Shown: positions 11,568 to 21,757 of the stretch, piece by piece
Layout: each line of letters starts with the position of its first letter
Numbering within the stretch: the stretch's first letter is position 1
Source: Candidatus Nanoarchaeia archaeon
GTDB taxonomy: Bacteria > Patescibacteriota > Microgenomatia > Woykebacterales > RBG-16-39-9b
DNA length: 64,000 bases
Direction of reading: 5' to 3'
NCBI GenBank assembly: GCA_036514715.1
Contig: DATBWR010000001.1
Span: 8,644-72,643 of the forward strand
Program-made: the position numbers and the translations under genes
The notes under the pieces: generated by a model
Told to the model about the DNA's origin: nothing
The model's database searches: none
Seen by the model: only the letters and a program-made list of their open reading frames with translations

Positions 11568-13334
11568 ATGGAAGTAACTAATAAAAGCATCGAAGATATT
11601 CTTTTTGAACAAAAGAAGATCACTGCTGAAAACCGTTCCCTTGTAAAACTAGAGTCAATAAACACCGGCAAAAGCCCCGAAGATGTTGTGCGTGAGCACA
11701 ACTTTGTTTCCCCAGAAGATTTAGTAGCTGCCCGCGGTGAGTTGATCGGAATTGCCTATTACGACCCAAACTCTAAACCCATCTCCAGCGAAGTCCTCTC
11801 CTTAGTGCCGGAACCTGCTGCCCGCCGCTACATTTTAATCCCCTTTGATCTTTCCGGTGACGGAGTTTTATCAGTGGTGATGGTTGATCCTTTGGATTTG
11901 CAAGTAATTGAGTTTATTGAGCGTAAGAGTGGCAAGAGAGTCAAACCTTACATTTCAACTCCTAGCTTAATTAATCAGGCCATTGCGGACCAATACTCTC
12001 AAAGCTTAACTAGCACAGTTTCCGCAGCAGTGGAAGAATCCTCAACTGTAGAAGTCAAAGAAGAGTTGAAGGATTTGAATAAAGTTGAGGAGGTTATCAA
12101 AGAGGCTCCGGTTGCTAAGATTGTTTCGACCCTGCTTGAATACGCAATGAAAGGTAGAGCTTCTGATATTCACATTGAGCCCATGGAAGAAAAGACTAGA
12201 GTTCGTTACCGCATCGATGGTATTTTACAGGAAAGAGTAATTTTGCCCAAGAAAGTTCATGAGGCGCTAACTTCCCGTATTAAAATCCTCTCCAACTTAA
12301 AAATTGATGAAAAACGCATTCCCCAAGACGGACGTTTTTCTTTTAAAATTAACGATCAAGCAGTTGACTTGCGTATTTCAACCCTGCCAACTGTTCACGG
12401 AGAAAAAATCGTCATGCGTCTTTTGCCCAAGGCCGGAAGTGCCCCAACCTTGGATCAACTTGGTTTGCGAGGCATGGGTTTAAAAATTTTTGAAGATAAT
12501 ATTATCCGTCCCAACGGCATTATCTTGATTACTGGGCCAACTGGAAGCGGTAAAACAACAACTTTGTTTGCTGCCCTTTCGAAAATTAACTCAGATAAAG
12601 TGAATATTGTGACTTTGGAAGACCCGGTTGAGTACCAAATTCCGGGTGTCAACCAAGTCCAGATTAACCCGGTCGCAGGACTAACTTTTGCCAGTGGCTT
12701 GCGCAGTTTCTTGCGTCAAGACCCAAACATTATTATGGTTGGTGAGATCCGTGACTCGGAAACAGCTGGTTTAGCTATTCAGGCAGCCCTGACCGGACAT
12801 TTGGTTTTTTCCACTCTTCACACCAGTTCTTCAGCTGGAGCCTTACCCCGACTGCTTGACATGGGCGCCGAGACTTTTTTGCTGGCCAGCTCTATGAACG
12901 CCATTGGCGCTCAACGGGTGGTAAGACAAAATTGCACTGACTGTAAAGAAGCTTTCGATCCACCGGCAGCGATTGTTGACAATATTAAGGAGGTTTTAGG
13001 AAACTTGGCTGCTATCGCAGCCTCCAAGAAACTTTCTCCTGATGAAACTAAAGACTTAGAGGAAGTTTCTGGACATAAAAAAATTGTACTTTACAAAGGT
13101 AAGGGTTGTAATAAGTGTGGGGATTCGGGTTATAAAGGACGGATTGGTATTTTTGAAGTTTTGAACATTACTGAAAAAATCGGCAAGTTAATTTTGGAAA
13201 GGGCACCAAGTACTGATATTGAAAAAACTGCCATTGCCGATGGTATGGTTACTATGAAGCAGGATGGTTATCTCAAGGCTCTTGAAGGAATAACTACTAT
13301 CGAAGAAGTTTTACGGGTTGCACAAGATGCTTAA
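11568..13334 (+). CDS. pilB: type IV pilus assembly ATPase PilB/GspE
   Basis: GPTGSGKTTTL, EDPVE, RQDPNIIMVGEIRD, tetracysteine CxxC...CxxC. Confidence 0.93.
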   Translation: MEVTNKSIEDILFEQKKITAENRSLVKLESINTGKSPEDVVREHNFVSPEDLVAARGELIGIAYYDPNSKPISSEVLSLVPEPAARRYILIPFDLSGDGVLSVVMVDPLDLQVIEFIERKSGKRVKPYISTPSLINQAIADQYSQSLTSTVSAAVEESSTVEVKEELKDLNKVEEVIKEAPVAKIVSTLLEYAMKGRASDIHIEPMEEKTRVRYRIDGILQERVILPKKVHEALTSRIKILSNLKIDEKRIPQDGRFSFKINDQAVDLRISTLPTVHGEKIVMRLLPKAGSAPTLDQLGLRGMGLKIFEDNIIRPNGIILITGPTGSGKTTTLFAALSKINSDKVNIVTLEDPVEYQIPGVNQVQINPVAGLTFASGLRSFLRQDPNIIMVGEIRDSETAGLAIQAALTGHLVFSTLHTSSSAGALPRLLDMGAETFLLASSMNAIGAQRVVRQNCTDCKEAFDPPAAIVDNIKEVLGNLAAIAASKKLSPDETKDLEEVSGHKKIVLYKGKGCNKCGDSGYKGRIGIFEVLNITEKIGKLILERAPSTDIEKTAIADGMVTMKQDGYLKALEGITTIEEVLRVAQDA

Positions 13335-13349
13335 AGACAGGAGGTTTGA

Positions 13350-14420
13350 GTGGAAATACAAGAACTTTTAGAAGAAGCCCTAAAAAGGGGTGCTAGTGAT
13401 ATTCATTTGATGGTTGGAGTTTATCCGACTCTTAGAATCAACGGAAATTTAGTACCGATAACAAAGTCCTCTACCCCGACTCCGGAGAATATTGAAAAAC
13501 TTGTTCTTGCTCTTACTTCCCCAGAGCAAAAAGAGCTTCTTCTTACTAACAAAGAAATTGATTTTTCCTTTGCTTTGGGTGAGCTAGCTCGCTTTAGGGT
13601 TAACGCTTTTTACCAAAAAGGATACTTATCAGCTGCCCTACGTTTGATACCTTCCAAAATTCCTAGTCTGGAAGAATTACACTTACCTAAAGTGTTAGGA
13701 AATTTTTCAAAACTGCGCCAAGGCCTCATCCTCCTAACTGGGCCAACTGGCCACGGAAAATCCACTACCATTGCTTCAATCATTAACGAAATCAACGAAA
13801 CCCGCGGTGTTCACGTCGTGACAGTTGAAGACCCGATTGAGTATGTTTACCCCTCTCGTAAAGCCTTAATTGCTCAGAGAGAGATGCACCTGGATACTCA
13901 CAGCTGGGAAATTTCTTTGCGAAGTGTTTTACGTGAAGATCCTGACGTTGTCCTTATCGGTGAAATGCGCGATTACGAAACGATTGAGTCGGTTTTGACC
14001 ATCGCCGAAACTGGACACTTGGTTTTTGCCACCCTCCACACTAATTCTGCTTCACAATCAGTAGACCGGGTAGTAAGCGTTTTTCCGGAAAACCAACAGG
14101 AGCAAGTGCGTCTACAACTCTCTAACGTGCTTGAGGCGATTATCTCTCAGCGTTTGATACCGGGATTGCAAGCCGGACGCTATCCAGCTACAGAGATTTT
14201 ATTGGCCACCGGGGCGGTTCGTAACGTGATCCGTGAGGGTAAGACCCATCTGCTGGATAACATCATTCAAACTTCCTCAAACGTAGGTATGAACACCTTG
14301 GAAAACAGTTTAGCAAAATTAGTCAAAGAAGGAAAAGTTAGTTTGGATGTTGCTCTTAGTTACAGCTTGAAGTCAGAAGACCTACTTCGTGAGGTCAAAA
14401 GAGGCGGAACGGAGAAATAA
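13350..14420 (+). CDS. pilT: type IV pilus retraction ATPase
   Basis: ASDIHL, GPTGHGKSTT, LREDPDVVLIGEMRD, AVRNVIRE (AIRNLIRE motif). Confidence 0.93.
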   Translation: MEIQELLEEALKRGASDIHLMVGVYPTLRINGNLVPITKSSTPTPENIEKLVLALTSPEQKELLLTNKEIDFSFALGELARFRVNAFYQKGYLSAALRLIPSKIPSLEELHLPKVLGNFSKLRQGLILLTGPTGHGKSTTIASIINEINETRGVHVVTVEDPIEYVYPSRKALIAQREMHLDTHSWEISLRSVLREDPDVVLIGEMRDYETIESVLTIAETGHLVFATLHTNSASQSVDRVVSVFPENQQEQVRLQLSNVLEAIISQRLIPGLQAGRYPATEILLATGAVRNVIREGKTHLLDNIIQTSSNVGMNTLENSLAKLVKEGKVSLDVALSYSLKSEDLLREVKRGGTEK

Positions 14421-14491
14421 ATTAAAAATCCAAAGTTTTCAGAAGTTTTTAATTAACTATAACTTTGCAATTTTAACTTTTAACTGAAGTT

Positions 14492-15691
14492 ATGCAGCAG
14501 TTTACTTACACAGTTAAAGATAAGACCGGTGAGACCAAAAAAGGCTTAATAGAAGCGGTCGACCAGCGTCAAGCAGCCTCTATTCTCCATGAAAGGGGTT
14601 TCGTTGTCATTAACATCGAGTCCAAGAAGGCTGGCTTTCAACTGAGAGTTGGGAGTTTGGGTATCGGACCGATTGCCAATTTCACCAGACAATTAGCCAC
14701 AATGATTTCCTCTGGTCTGCCGCTGACAGAATCTCTAGTCGTCCTTGAAAAACAAACCGAAAACGCCCGTCTTGAGGAAATAATTCGCTCAGTTGCCGAT
14801 GATATCCAGGGAGGGAGTACTTTTGCTTCCGCCTTGGGGAAACATCCGGGTGAGTTTTCTGTTGCTTATATTAACATTATTAAAGCAGGTGAGTCCTCAG
14901 GAACTTTGGACAAAGTTTTAGGGAAACTCGCCGATACCCTAGAAAAAGACCGTGAGTTTCAAGCTAAAATCAAAGGTGCCTTTATCTATCCGACGATTAT
15001 TCTGATTGCGATGGTTTTGGTGATCTCAATTATCATGATCTTTGTTGTCCCTAAACTTTCTCAGCTTTATGTAGACCTTAACATTGAATTGCCACTACCC
15101 ACAAAGATTATGATTTGGTTAAGCAATGTCTTTGTTAACTTTTGGTGGTTGATGATTATCGCGGTCGTGGGTGGGCTTTTTGCACTGCGGCGCTATCGCA
15201 AAACTCCCGAAGGAGCTTTGGTTATTGACGGTTTGATACTCAAGGTACCGATTATGGGTAGACTTAACCGTGACAGCTCTTTAACTGAATTTACCAGAAC
15301 CTTGAGCTCTCTGATTGGTGCTGGCGTACCCATTCTGGAAGGGTTGCGTATTTCCGGAGATGTGGCTAGCAATGCTTTGCACCGTCAGGCTGTCCATCGG
15401 TCGGCCACCTTAGTAGAAAAAGGCGCCCAGCTTTCAAAAGCCTTGGGTTCTGACGAGAGTTTTCCAGCCATAGTCCCCCAGATGGTTGCGGTTGGCGAAG
15501 AGACTGGAAAAATTGACGAGGTTTTAGCTAAAGTTTCCAATTATTTTGAGCTTGAGGTTGATCATCAAGTTAAAAACCTAACTTCGTCATTAGAGCCAAT
15601 CATTATGGTTGTTCTAGGAGTAATGGTAGCCTTGCTAGTAATCTCAATTATTCTGCCGATTTACGGAATAACCTCAGCCTTTGGTAACTAG
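14492..15691 (+). CDS. pilC: type IV pilus platform protein PilC/GspF
   Basis: FTRQLATMISSGLP, GESSGTL, GEETGKI, LEPIIM. Confidence 0.93.
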   Translation: MQQFTYTVKDKTGETKKGLIEAVDQRQAASILHERGFVVINIESKKAGFQLRVGSLGIGPIANFTRQLATMISSGLPLTESLVVLEKQTENARLEEIIRSVADDIQGGSTFASALGKHPGEFSVAYINIIKAGESSGTLDKVLGKLADTLEKDREFQAKIKGAFIYPTIILIAMVLVISIIMIFVVPKLSQLYVDLNIELPLPTKIMIWLSNVFVNFWWLMIIAVVGGLFALRRYRKTPEGALVIDGLILKVPIMGRLNRDSSLTEFTRTLSSLIGAGVPILEGLRISGDVASNALHRQAVHRSATLVEKGAQLSKALGSDESFPAIVPQMVAVGEETGKIDEVLAKVSNYFELEVDHQVKNLTSSLEPIIMVVLGVMVALLVISIILPIYGITSAFGN

Positions 15692-15697
15692 CATTTA

Positions 15698-16519
15698 ATG
15701 ACTTTTTCCCTTTTCACACTGTGGCTAGCCTTCTTCGGTTTTGTCTTAGGTGCAGTAGTTGGTTCGTTTCTTAACGTAGTTATTCTTCGTGTCCATTCCG
15801 GAAAAAAGTTGACTGGTCGGTCAGAATGTCCACACTGTCGGCACGAACTTTCAACTACCGACCTAATACCGATAATTAGTTTCCTTTGGTTAAGAGGCCG
15901 CTGCCGCTATTGTAAAAAGCCTATTTCCTGGCAATACCCCTTGGTCGAGATCACTACCGGTCTAACCTTCGCCCTGGTTTTTTCCACTTTTTACTCCACT
16001 ATAATACTCTCTAGTATTAGAGTTATTGACCTAATTAATCTTGGTTTTACGCTCTTTTTTGTGAGTGTTTTAATTGTAGTTACGGTAAGCGATCTTAAAT
16101 GGGGAATTATTCCAGACAGGATTGTTTTACCTGCTTGGATCGTTGCATTTCTATACCAAATCTACTTATTCTTTAACTATCAATCATTAACCGTCCTCCT
16201 TCACAATTTAGCAGTTGCCCTTAGTCTTGGGCTTTTTTTCTTTATACTGATACTGGTTACTCGTGGGAAAGGTATGGGCGGCGGTGATCTAAAGTTGGCC
16301 ATTCTTATAGGATTGTCTTTAGGTTGGCCAGAAGCAGTGGTTGCTATCTTTCTAGCTTTCTTGACAGGCGCGCTTGCCTCTGTTATGCTTATATTGTTAG
16401 GTAAAAAGGCTTTTAAACAGACCGTTCCCTTTGGACCTTTCTTAGCCTTAGGGGCTTTTTTTGGGATACTGTTTGGAAACGAACTTTTTCGGTTCTATCT
16501 AAATACTCTAGGCTTTTAA
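15698..16519 (+). CDS. pilD: prepilin peptidase
   Basis: GSFLNVVI, SECPHC, GRCRYC, GMGGGDLKL, PFGPFL. Confidence 0.93.
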   Translation: MTFSLFTLWLAFFGFVLGAVVGSFLNVVILRVHSGKKLTGRSECPHCRHELSTTDLIPIISFLWLRGRCRYCKKPISWQYPLVEITTGLTFALVFSTFYSTIILSSIRVIDLINLGFTLFFVSVLIVVTVSDLKWGIIPDRIVLPAWIVAFLYQIYLFFNYQSLTVLLHNLAVALSLGLFFFILILVTRGKGMGGGDLKLAILIGLSLGWPEAVVAIFLAFLTGALASVMLILLGKKAFKQTVPFGPFLALGAFFGILFGNELFRFYLNTLGF

Positions 16520-16580
16520 ACAGTCAAAAGGGCTAAAATAAAATCTGGATGAAAAACTCTGCCCGAGTAAGTGTTAATTA

Positions 16581-16600
16581 TAGATCGCTTTGCGCTCTGC
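16581..16600 (+). repeat. dispersed palindromic repeat TAGATCGCTTYGCGCTCTGC, copy 1
   Basis: Near-identical copies at 20635, 20672, 35688 (rc) and 40713 (rc). Confidence 0.75.
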
Positions 16601-16712
16601 AATTAAGAAATTGTCAAATTTCTAGCATCAAAGAATACGGTGCTTTTTTTGTGCCTAACTTTGAACTTTTAACTTTGAATTTTGAACTTATTGTGAGAGG
16701 GGGTGAGAATGA

Positions 16713-17189
16713 ATGATTAAACAACTTCGATCTCACCTCAAAGATACACGTGGTTTCACTCTTATTGAGCTGTTGGTTGTAATCGCTATTATCGCGGTTT
16801 TGGTCACCATTGTACTGGTTGCTATCAACCCTCTGGCTCGTATTCAGGAGGCTCAAAGACGTGATGCTCAGTCTGGTGTCAGACAGGTTGCTGCTGCGAT
16901 GGAGGCTTGTTACACCACCAGACTTGGGGATGGTACAGCTACAACTGATGAGACTGCTAACGTAGTTTGTGACAGTTTTGGTGAACTAGTCGCTGGTAAC
17001 TTCCTCAAGCAAACAGTTGCCGGTGTTACGGTTGATTCAACTGACACTACTAACGCTACCTTGTGTGCTTGGGCGGTAGGTGGAGGCCAGGCCTTCATTT
17101 ACAAGAATGCTTTTTCAGCTGGTGGTGCAGCGGGAGAAGTCTTCCAGTCTGGTACTACGGCTCCGGCTGATTGTACTGACGCTCTTTAA
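16713..17189 (+). CDS. pilA: type IV major pilin candidate
   Basis: RG/FTLIELL class III signal, strong GGGGGTGA SD, Cys pairs, stable 3' hairpin. Confidence 0.85.
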   Translation: MIKQLRSHLKDTRGFTLIELLVVIAIIAVLVTIVLVAINPLARIQEAQRRDAQSGVRQVAAAMEACYTTRLGDGTATTDETANVVCDSFGELVAGNFLKQTVAGVTVDSTDTTNATLCAWAVGGGQAFIYKNAFSAGGAAGEVFQSGTTAPADCTDAL

Positions 17190-17206
17190 TCTTCGAGTAA
17201 CTAAAA

Positions 17207-17233
17207 GGTAGGGCGGGCAAAGCCCGCCCTACC
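17207..17233 (+). terminator. 12-bp perfect hairpin after major pilin (stabiliser/weak terminator)
   Basis: GGTAGGGCGGGC-AAA-GCCCGCCCTACC; no U-tract on the sense strand. Confidence 0.6.
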
Positions 17234-17256
17234 CCATGAATGTGAAGGTTTAGTTT

Positions 17257-17784
17257 ATGTTTAAAAAAGAACCTAATTTACAAATTGTTAAAAAAGCTCT
17301 TGGGTTCACTCTTATTGAACTTTTGGTGGTGATGGCAGTTCTTGGTGTCTTGGTGACGATCCTTTTGGTAGCTCTTGACCCAGTCCGTTTGATTGGTCAA
17401 TCACGGGATAGTAAGCGCCGCAGCGACTTGCAGCAAATTAAGGTTGCCATGCAGCAGTACTATAACGACTGTAAGGTTTACCCAACTGATGCCCAAGTAC
17501 CATTCACAAACCCACCTAGTGCTTTAGGTAATACAGGTAATGGTGTAGATGGCGCTGCTGGAACTTGTGATGACGGTGCGGTTTACATGAAACAGGTTCC
17601 CAACGAAAACGGTGGTGCTTACGATTATCGGGTTGAGACCGTTAACCGTCAAAGCTATGAAGTTGGTGCTAACCTCAACTACACTACTACCGACGATAAC
17701 AATACTAGGACCAAATGTGACACTACTATTGGCGGTGCCAGTGACTACCCTGCCAACACTGATTTTGTAGTCTGCAATGATTAA
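17257..17784 (+). CDS. type IV pilin (GspG-like)
   Basis: LG/FTLIELL, RDSKRRSDLQQIKVAMQQYY. Confidence 0.85.
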   Translation: MFKKEPNLQIVKKALGFTLIELLVVMAVLGVLVTILLVALDPVRLIGQSRDSKRRSDLQQIKVAMQQYYNDCKVYPTDAQVPFTNPPSALGNTGNGVDGAAGTCDDGAVYMKQVPNENGGAYDYRVETVNRQSYEVGANLNYTTTDDNNTRTKCDTTIGGASDYPANTDFVVCND

Positions 17785-18292
17785 AGGTTACTGGGAGCGT
17801 GGGTTTGGTCTGATTAGCTTATTAATTTTCGCCGCTATAGTCTTTGCTGCTGCTAATATATACTCTTACTACAATCCGGAATTTTCCCTTTCAAAATATA
17901 GCCCGATAAATTTCTTGCGAAGCAAGAGAGACGAAATCAGAGTTAACGACCTTAAAACATTAGAAAAGGCAATTGTTGATTACTATAACGATAATAATCA
18001 GATGCCCGCCTTTGATGGTTGGTGCGGACGTCTTTCCAGTGTTTTGCACCCTGAATTTTCTTTGCAAATTAAGCCTTATTTGGAGAACCAAGAACTTCCC
18101 CACGACCCCTCCACTGGCAATACTGGTACTGACTACTTTTATTACCGAGTTGATCGCTCTCGCTATATTTTAATGGCGGTTATGGAGTTGCCTGCTGAGG
18201 ATGGCGGTGAGGGTAAATACATTTACAACTTCAAGAACTGTCACGACTGGCCGGGTAATGATATTTATAATTACCAAATTAGAAATTTTTAA
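17777..18292 (+). CDS. pilin-like protein (GspG-like, atypical N-terminus)
   Basis: RG/FGLISLL (no Glu5), RDEIRVNDLKTL, LPHDP. Confidence 0.7.
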   Translation: MIKGYWERGFGLISLLIFAAIVFAAANIYSYYNPEFSLSKYSPINFLRSKRDEIRVNDLKTLEKAIVDYYNDNNQMPAFDGWCGRLSSVLHPEFSLQIKPYLENQELPHDPSTGNTGTDYFYYRVDRSRYILMAVMELPAEDGGEGKYIYNFKNCHDWPGNDIYNYQIRNF

Positions 18293-18301
18293 TAAGTTGA
18301 A

Positions 18302-18934
18302 ATGCGACAGGCTGACAAAAACCAAACAGGGCAAACAATTATTGAAATTATCACTGCTGTTGCCATCGGTACAGTTTTGATTCTTGCACTAGTTGCGCTA
18401 TCCGTCCGTTCCAACCGCGGCGCAGATTTTTCCAAGGTTGAAAGCCAAGCGGCAAAACTAGCCTCTGAGGGTTTAGAGATTATCCGCAACCTTAAAGCTG
18501 CCAACGGTTCTGGGGTTTATTACGCTCCTGTTTGCGGTAGCGCCTCACCAACTAATTACACTTGGAGCTCTCTCTTTAGTATAAATAGTAGTGGACCTGA
18601 TGGGGGCGGCTTAGATGAGGGTTGCAGTAGTGCTAACGGTGGAGGTCCTTTAGGAAAGGCAGCCTATCTTAGAGAAGACTTAAGTACCTGTTTAGCAGGC
18701 CAACCAAAATGTCTCTATATTGCTACCAATAATTTTGAAGCAGTTACAATTGACAAAAGGATTTTTCAAAGGCAGATCTATATTGCTGATTCCCCTTTAC
18801 CAGCCGGTAAGAGTAGGTGTAATACGGTTAGCACTGACTGGAATAAAATAAAGCAATTGGCTGTGGTAGTAAGTTGGACTGATACCGCTGGTTACCACGA
18901 GTCCATTACGACGACCTGCTTACAGAGAAACTAA
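18302..18934 (+). CDS. minor pilin (PilV-like)
   Basis: G/QTIIEII signal, LASEGLEIIRN, VVVSW. Confidence 0.75.
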   Translation: MRQADKNQTGQTIIEIITAVAIGTVLILALVALSVRSNRGADFSKVESQAAKLASEGLEIIRNLKAANGSGVYYAPVCGSASPTNYTWSSLFSINSSGPDGGGLDEGCSSANGGGPLGKAAYLREDLSTCLAGQPKCLYIATNNFEAVTIDKRIFQRQIYIADSPLPAGKSRCNTVSTDWNKIKQLAVVVSWTDTAGYHESITTTCLQRN

Positions 18935-18935
18935 G

Positions 18936-19535
18936 ATGGTTAAAATTAATTGCCAAGATAAAATATTGATTCAGGAAGGGTTTACTTTTGTTTCTGAACA
19001 AAAGCAGTCCCGAGCTTCAGAGCAAGGGTTTACCCTCTTGGAAATACTTATTTCAACAGCTGTAGTTGGTATTTTGATGGTTGTTTCTTCGGCTATTTTT
19101 ATTAACACTATTAGTAGTAATAATAAAGCTAACATTGTTAACGAAGCCAAAGAAAACGCCTCATTAGTTACCGATACTTTGGAGAGGGATGTACGCAGAG
19201 CTTCTGGTACGGTTACAGTTACTACCACCGACGCTCTTAGCCCTAATGACACCCTGACTGTCAATATCTTAGGCACGCCTATAACTTGGCGTTGTCACCG
19301 GGAAGTTTCTGGCAATAATGGCTATATCAGTCGTAACGGCAGAACCGTTACCAACCGTGACCCTTCCTCTGGGGTGAGTTGGAGCACTTGCTTATTTTCA
19401 GCTTCTGGTAGCACAGATAATTACCTAGTTAAACTGGACTTTACGTTGACGGAAGGGGCTCTCTCTCACGGTTTAGGGCAGAATTTAAGGGTTACGGTTA
19501 ATCATCAAGTTTCGGTTTCCACAAGAGGCTTCTAA
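18936..19535 (+). CDS. minor pilin (PilW-like)
   Basis: QG/FTLLEILI, LERDVRRA, C-terminal VSTR. Confidence 0.8.
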   Translation: MVKINCQDKILIQEGFTFVSEQKQSRASEQGFTLLEILISTAVVGILMVVSSAIFINTISSNNKANIVNEAKENASLVTDTLERDVRRASGTVTVTTTDALSPNDTLTVNILGTPITWRCHREVSGNNGYISRNGRTVTNRDPSSGVSWSTCLFSASGSTDNYLVKLDFTLTEGALSHGLGQNLRVTVNHQVSVSTRGF

Positions 19536-19583
19536 CTTGACTTGAGTGGTTTTACTAGTTTACTATTTAGAGAGAATAAGCGC

Positions 19584-20588
19584 ATGCTACTGCCAAACTC
19601 AGTAAAGAAAAAATTCCCTTTCAAAAAGAATAAGTTTTTTGCTTTGTTCAAAAACAACCAGTCAGGGCAGATTTTAATTATCTTTCTCTTAGTTTTAGTC
19701 GTTGGCTTAGCGATTGCTCTTTCAATTGCCTCACGTACAGTTACTGACATTCGCCAGACAACCACCTCAGACGAATCTAACCGAGCTTATTTTGCTGCAG
19801 AAGCTGGAGTTGAAAGAGCGCTGAAGCAAATTAGCGAGAACCCAACCTTCTCCGGAGAAACCATTGACTTCACCGACGTTAATCAATCTCAGGCCAACGT
19901 AGTTGTGTCGGCTTTAACTGTACCGGTGGGGACAGTCTTTGAAATACCTGGCAAAGTCTCTAAGGACGAAGTAGTCCAATTTTACCTAATGTCTGAGGTT
20001 AATAATATTGCTACAGCGGGTGTAGCGCCAAGTATCTTGGCAGGAGATGTTTTAAACTTTTACTGGGACGAGAGCGGGTCTTCTGGCACCGGATCGGCTT
20101 TGGAAGTTAGCGTCCTGCAATGCTCTGGAAACCCCTGTACAAGCTTAAGCACGTTTACCATTGCTAAGATGACTTATGATCCAGATTTTGCTAGGTCAAG
20201 CTCTAACTCTTTTTGTAATAATGTCAGCTCTGCTGGTTTCACAAAAACTACCAACCTTGGTAATAGCTACACCTACAAATACAGAATAAGCCTGGATTTG
20301 AATTCCCCTGGACTATGCACTCGGAATGATACTGTTACCAACCGGCCAGTACTGGCGAGAATTAGGTTACTCTACAGCGGCACGGTACGCGTTGCTGTAG
20401 AAAGTGACACAACTGCCAACCCAAATCGCCCACTTCCTTCGCAGGGTCAAAAAATAGAGTCAGTTGGAACTACTCCTTCCGGAGTTAGTCGAAAGCTGAC
20501 GGTGACGAAATTACATCCAGCCCTACCTTCAATTTTCGATTACGTTCTCTTCAATGGTAGTACTTCTAACCCTCTCACAAAACCTTAG
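19584..20588 (+). CDS. PilX-like minor pilin
   Basis: SG/QILII signal, RAYFAAEAGVERAL; start placed at ATG 19584. Confidence 0.8.
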   Translation: MLLPNSVKKKFPFKKNKFFALFKNNQSGQILIIFLLVLVVGLAIALSIASRTVTDIRQTTTSDESNRAYFAAEAGVERALKQISENPTFSGETIDFTDVNQSQANVVVSALTVPVGTVFEIPGKVSKDEVVQFYLMSEVNNIATAGVAPSILAGDVLNFYWDESGSSGTGSALEVSVLQCSGNPCTSLSTFTIAKMTYDPDFARSSSNSFCNNVSSAGFTKTTNLGNSYTYKYRISLDLNSPGLCTRNDTVTNRPVLARIRLLYSGTVRVAVESDTTANPNRPLPSQGQKIESVGTTPSGVSRKLTVTKLHPALPSIFDYVLFNGSTSNPLTKP

Positions 20589-20634
20589 CCAACAACTCTT
20601 GCTAACTTAATCAGCCTTGTGGTAAACTTAAATT

Positions 20635-20686
20635 TAGATCGCTTCGCGCTCTGCGACCACCTCGTGGACTAAGATCGCTTCGCGCT
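20635..20686 (+). repeat. two tandem copies of the AGATCGCTTCGCGCT palindromic repeat upstream of pilM
   Basis: Copies at 20635-20654 and 20672-20686. Confidence 0.75.
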
Positions 20687-20704
20687 TGAGAATACTCTAA
20701 GACC

Positions 20705-21742
20705 ATGCCTGCTATTAACCACTTTGGATTGGACATTGGAACCCAAAACATTAAAGTTGTTCAGTTAAGTGGTTCACAAGACGCTCCTAGCTTTGTCACT
20801 GCCGGTATGTTCCCTACTCCCAAGCAAGCTTTCGTCTCCGAAGCGCCTGAAGATATCGAGGCTTTATCCACTACTATCAGAAACTTGCACCGCGAAGCCA
20901 AGATTACTACCAATCGGGTAAGTGCTGCCTTACCAGAGTCGCAAATTTTTACTCGTGTGGTTGAGCTGCCGGAACTAACTAAACAAGAGATCAAAAGTGC
21001 TATCAACTACGAGGCTGAACAGTACGTTCCTTTGCCTTTAACTGAGGTTCGTCTGACATGGGAAGTTTTAAAAACTAGAGTCGGAGCTGATAAAAAGAAA
21101 ATGATGGAGATACTTTTAGTGGCTGCTCCTAATTCCCTTATTGATAAATATTTAAAAGTTTTAAAAGGGGCTGGTCTTAACCCAGTTTCACTAGAAACGG
21201 AAACTACCGCAGCAGTTCGTTCTTTGGTACAGCGAGTGGAAGGAGCCCCAACTACTTTAGTTGTTAGTATTGGCGCTTCAACTACAGATTTAACTATTGT
21301 TGATGACACCCAAATTAGCTTCACCCGTTCAATTGCTACGGGCGGGCTCGCACTAGCCCGCGCGATCGCTAACGACCTGGGTTTTGAAATGGATCAGGCG
21401 GTGGAGTACATGAAAACTTATGGTTTGGATTCAACGCAGCTTGAAGGCAAAGTTATGCAAGCCCTGAAACCGGTCTTTGATGTCATTGTCAATGAAATTC
21501 GCCGTGCCTTAGCCTATTACACCAGCAAACACACCGACAATCCGGTTAAGAGGGTAATTGCTACTGGTGGTACAGCTAAGTTACCAGGTTTAGTAGTTTA
21601 TTTAGCTGAAGCTTTAGGTTTAGAAGTACAGATTGGTAATCCTTGGGATGGCATCGCCCTGCCTTCAAACATTTCAAAAAAATTAATTGAAGAAGGTACA
21701 TCCTACAGCGTAGCTGTTGGCTTAGCTTTAAAACAAGTTTAG
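20705..21742 (+). CDS. pilM: type IV pilus assembly protein PilM
   Basis: Actin-like GLDIG, IGASTT, TGGTAKLPGL, YSVAVGLA. Confidence 0.92.
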   Translation: MPAINHFGLDIGTQNIKVVQLSGSQDAPSFVTAGMFPTPKQAFVSEAPEDIEALSTTIRNLHREAKITTNRVSAALPESQIFTRVVELPELTKQEIKSAINYEAEQYVPLPLTEVRLTWEVLKTRVGADKKKMMEILLVAAPNSLIDKYLKVLKGAGLNPVSLETETTAAVRSLVQRVEGAPTTLVVSIGASTTDLTIVDDTQISFTRSIATGGLALARAIANDLGFEMDQAVEYMKTYGLDSTQLEGKVMQALKPVFDVIVNEIRRALAYYTSKHTDNPVKRVIATGGTAKLPGLVVYLAEALGLEVQIGNPWDGIALPSNISKKLIEEGTSYSVAVGLALKQV

Positions 21743-21757
21743 AAACTCTAACCTGCC

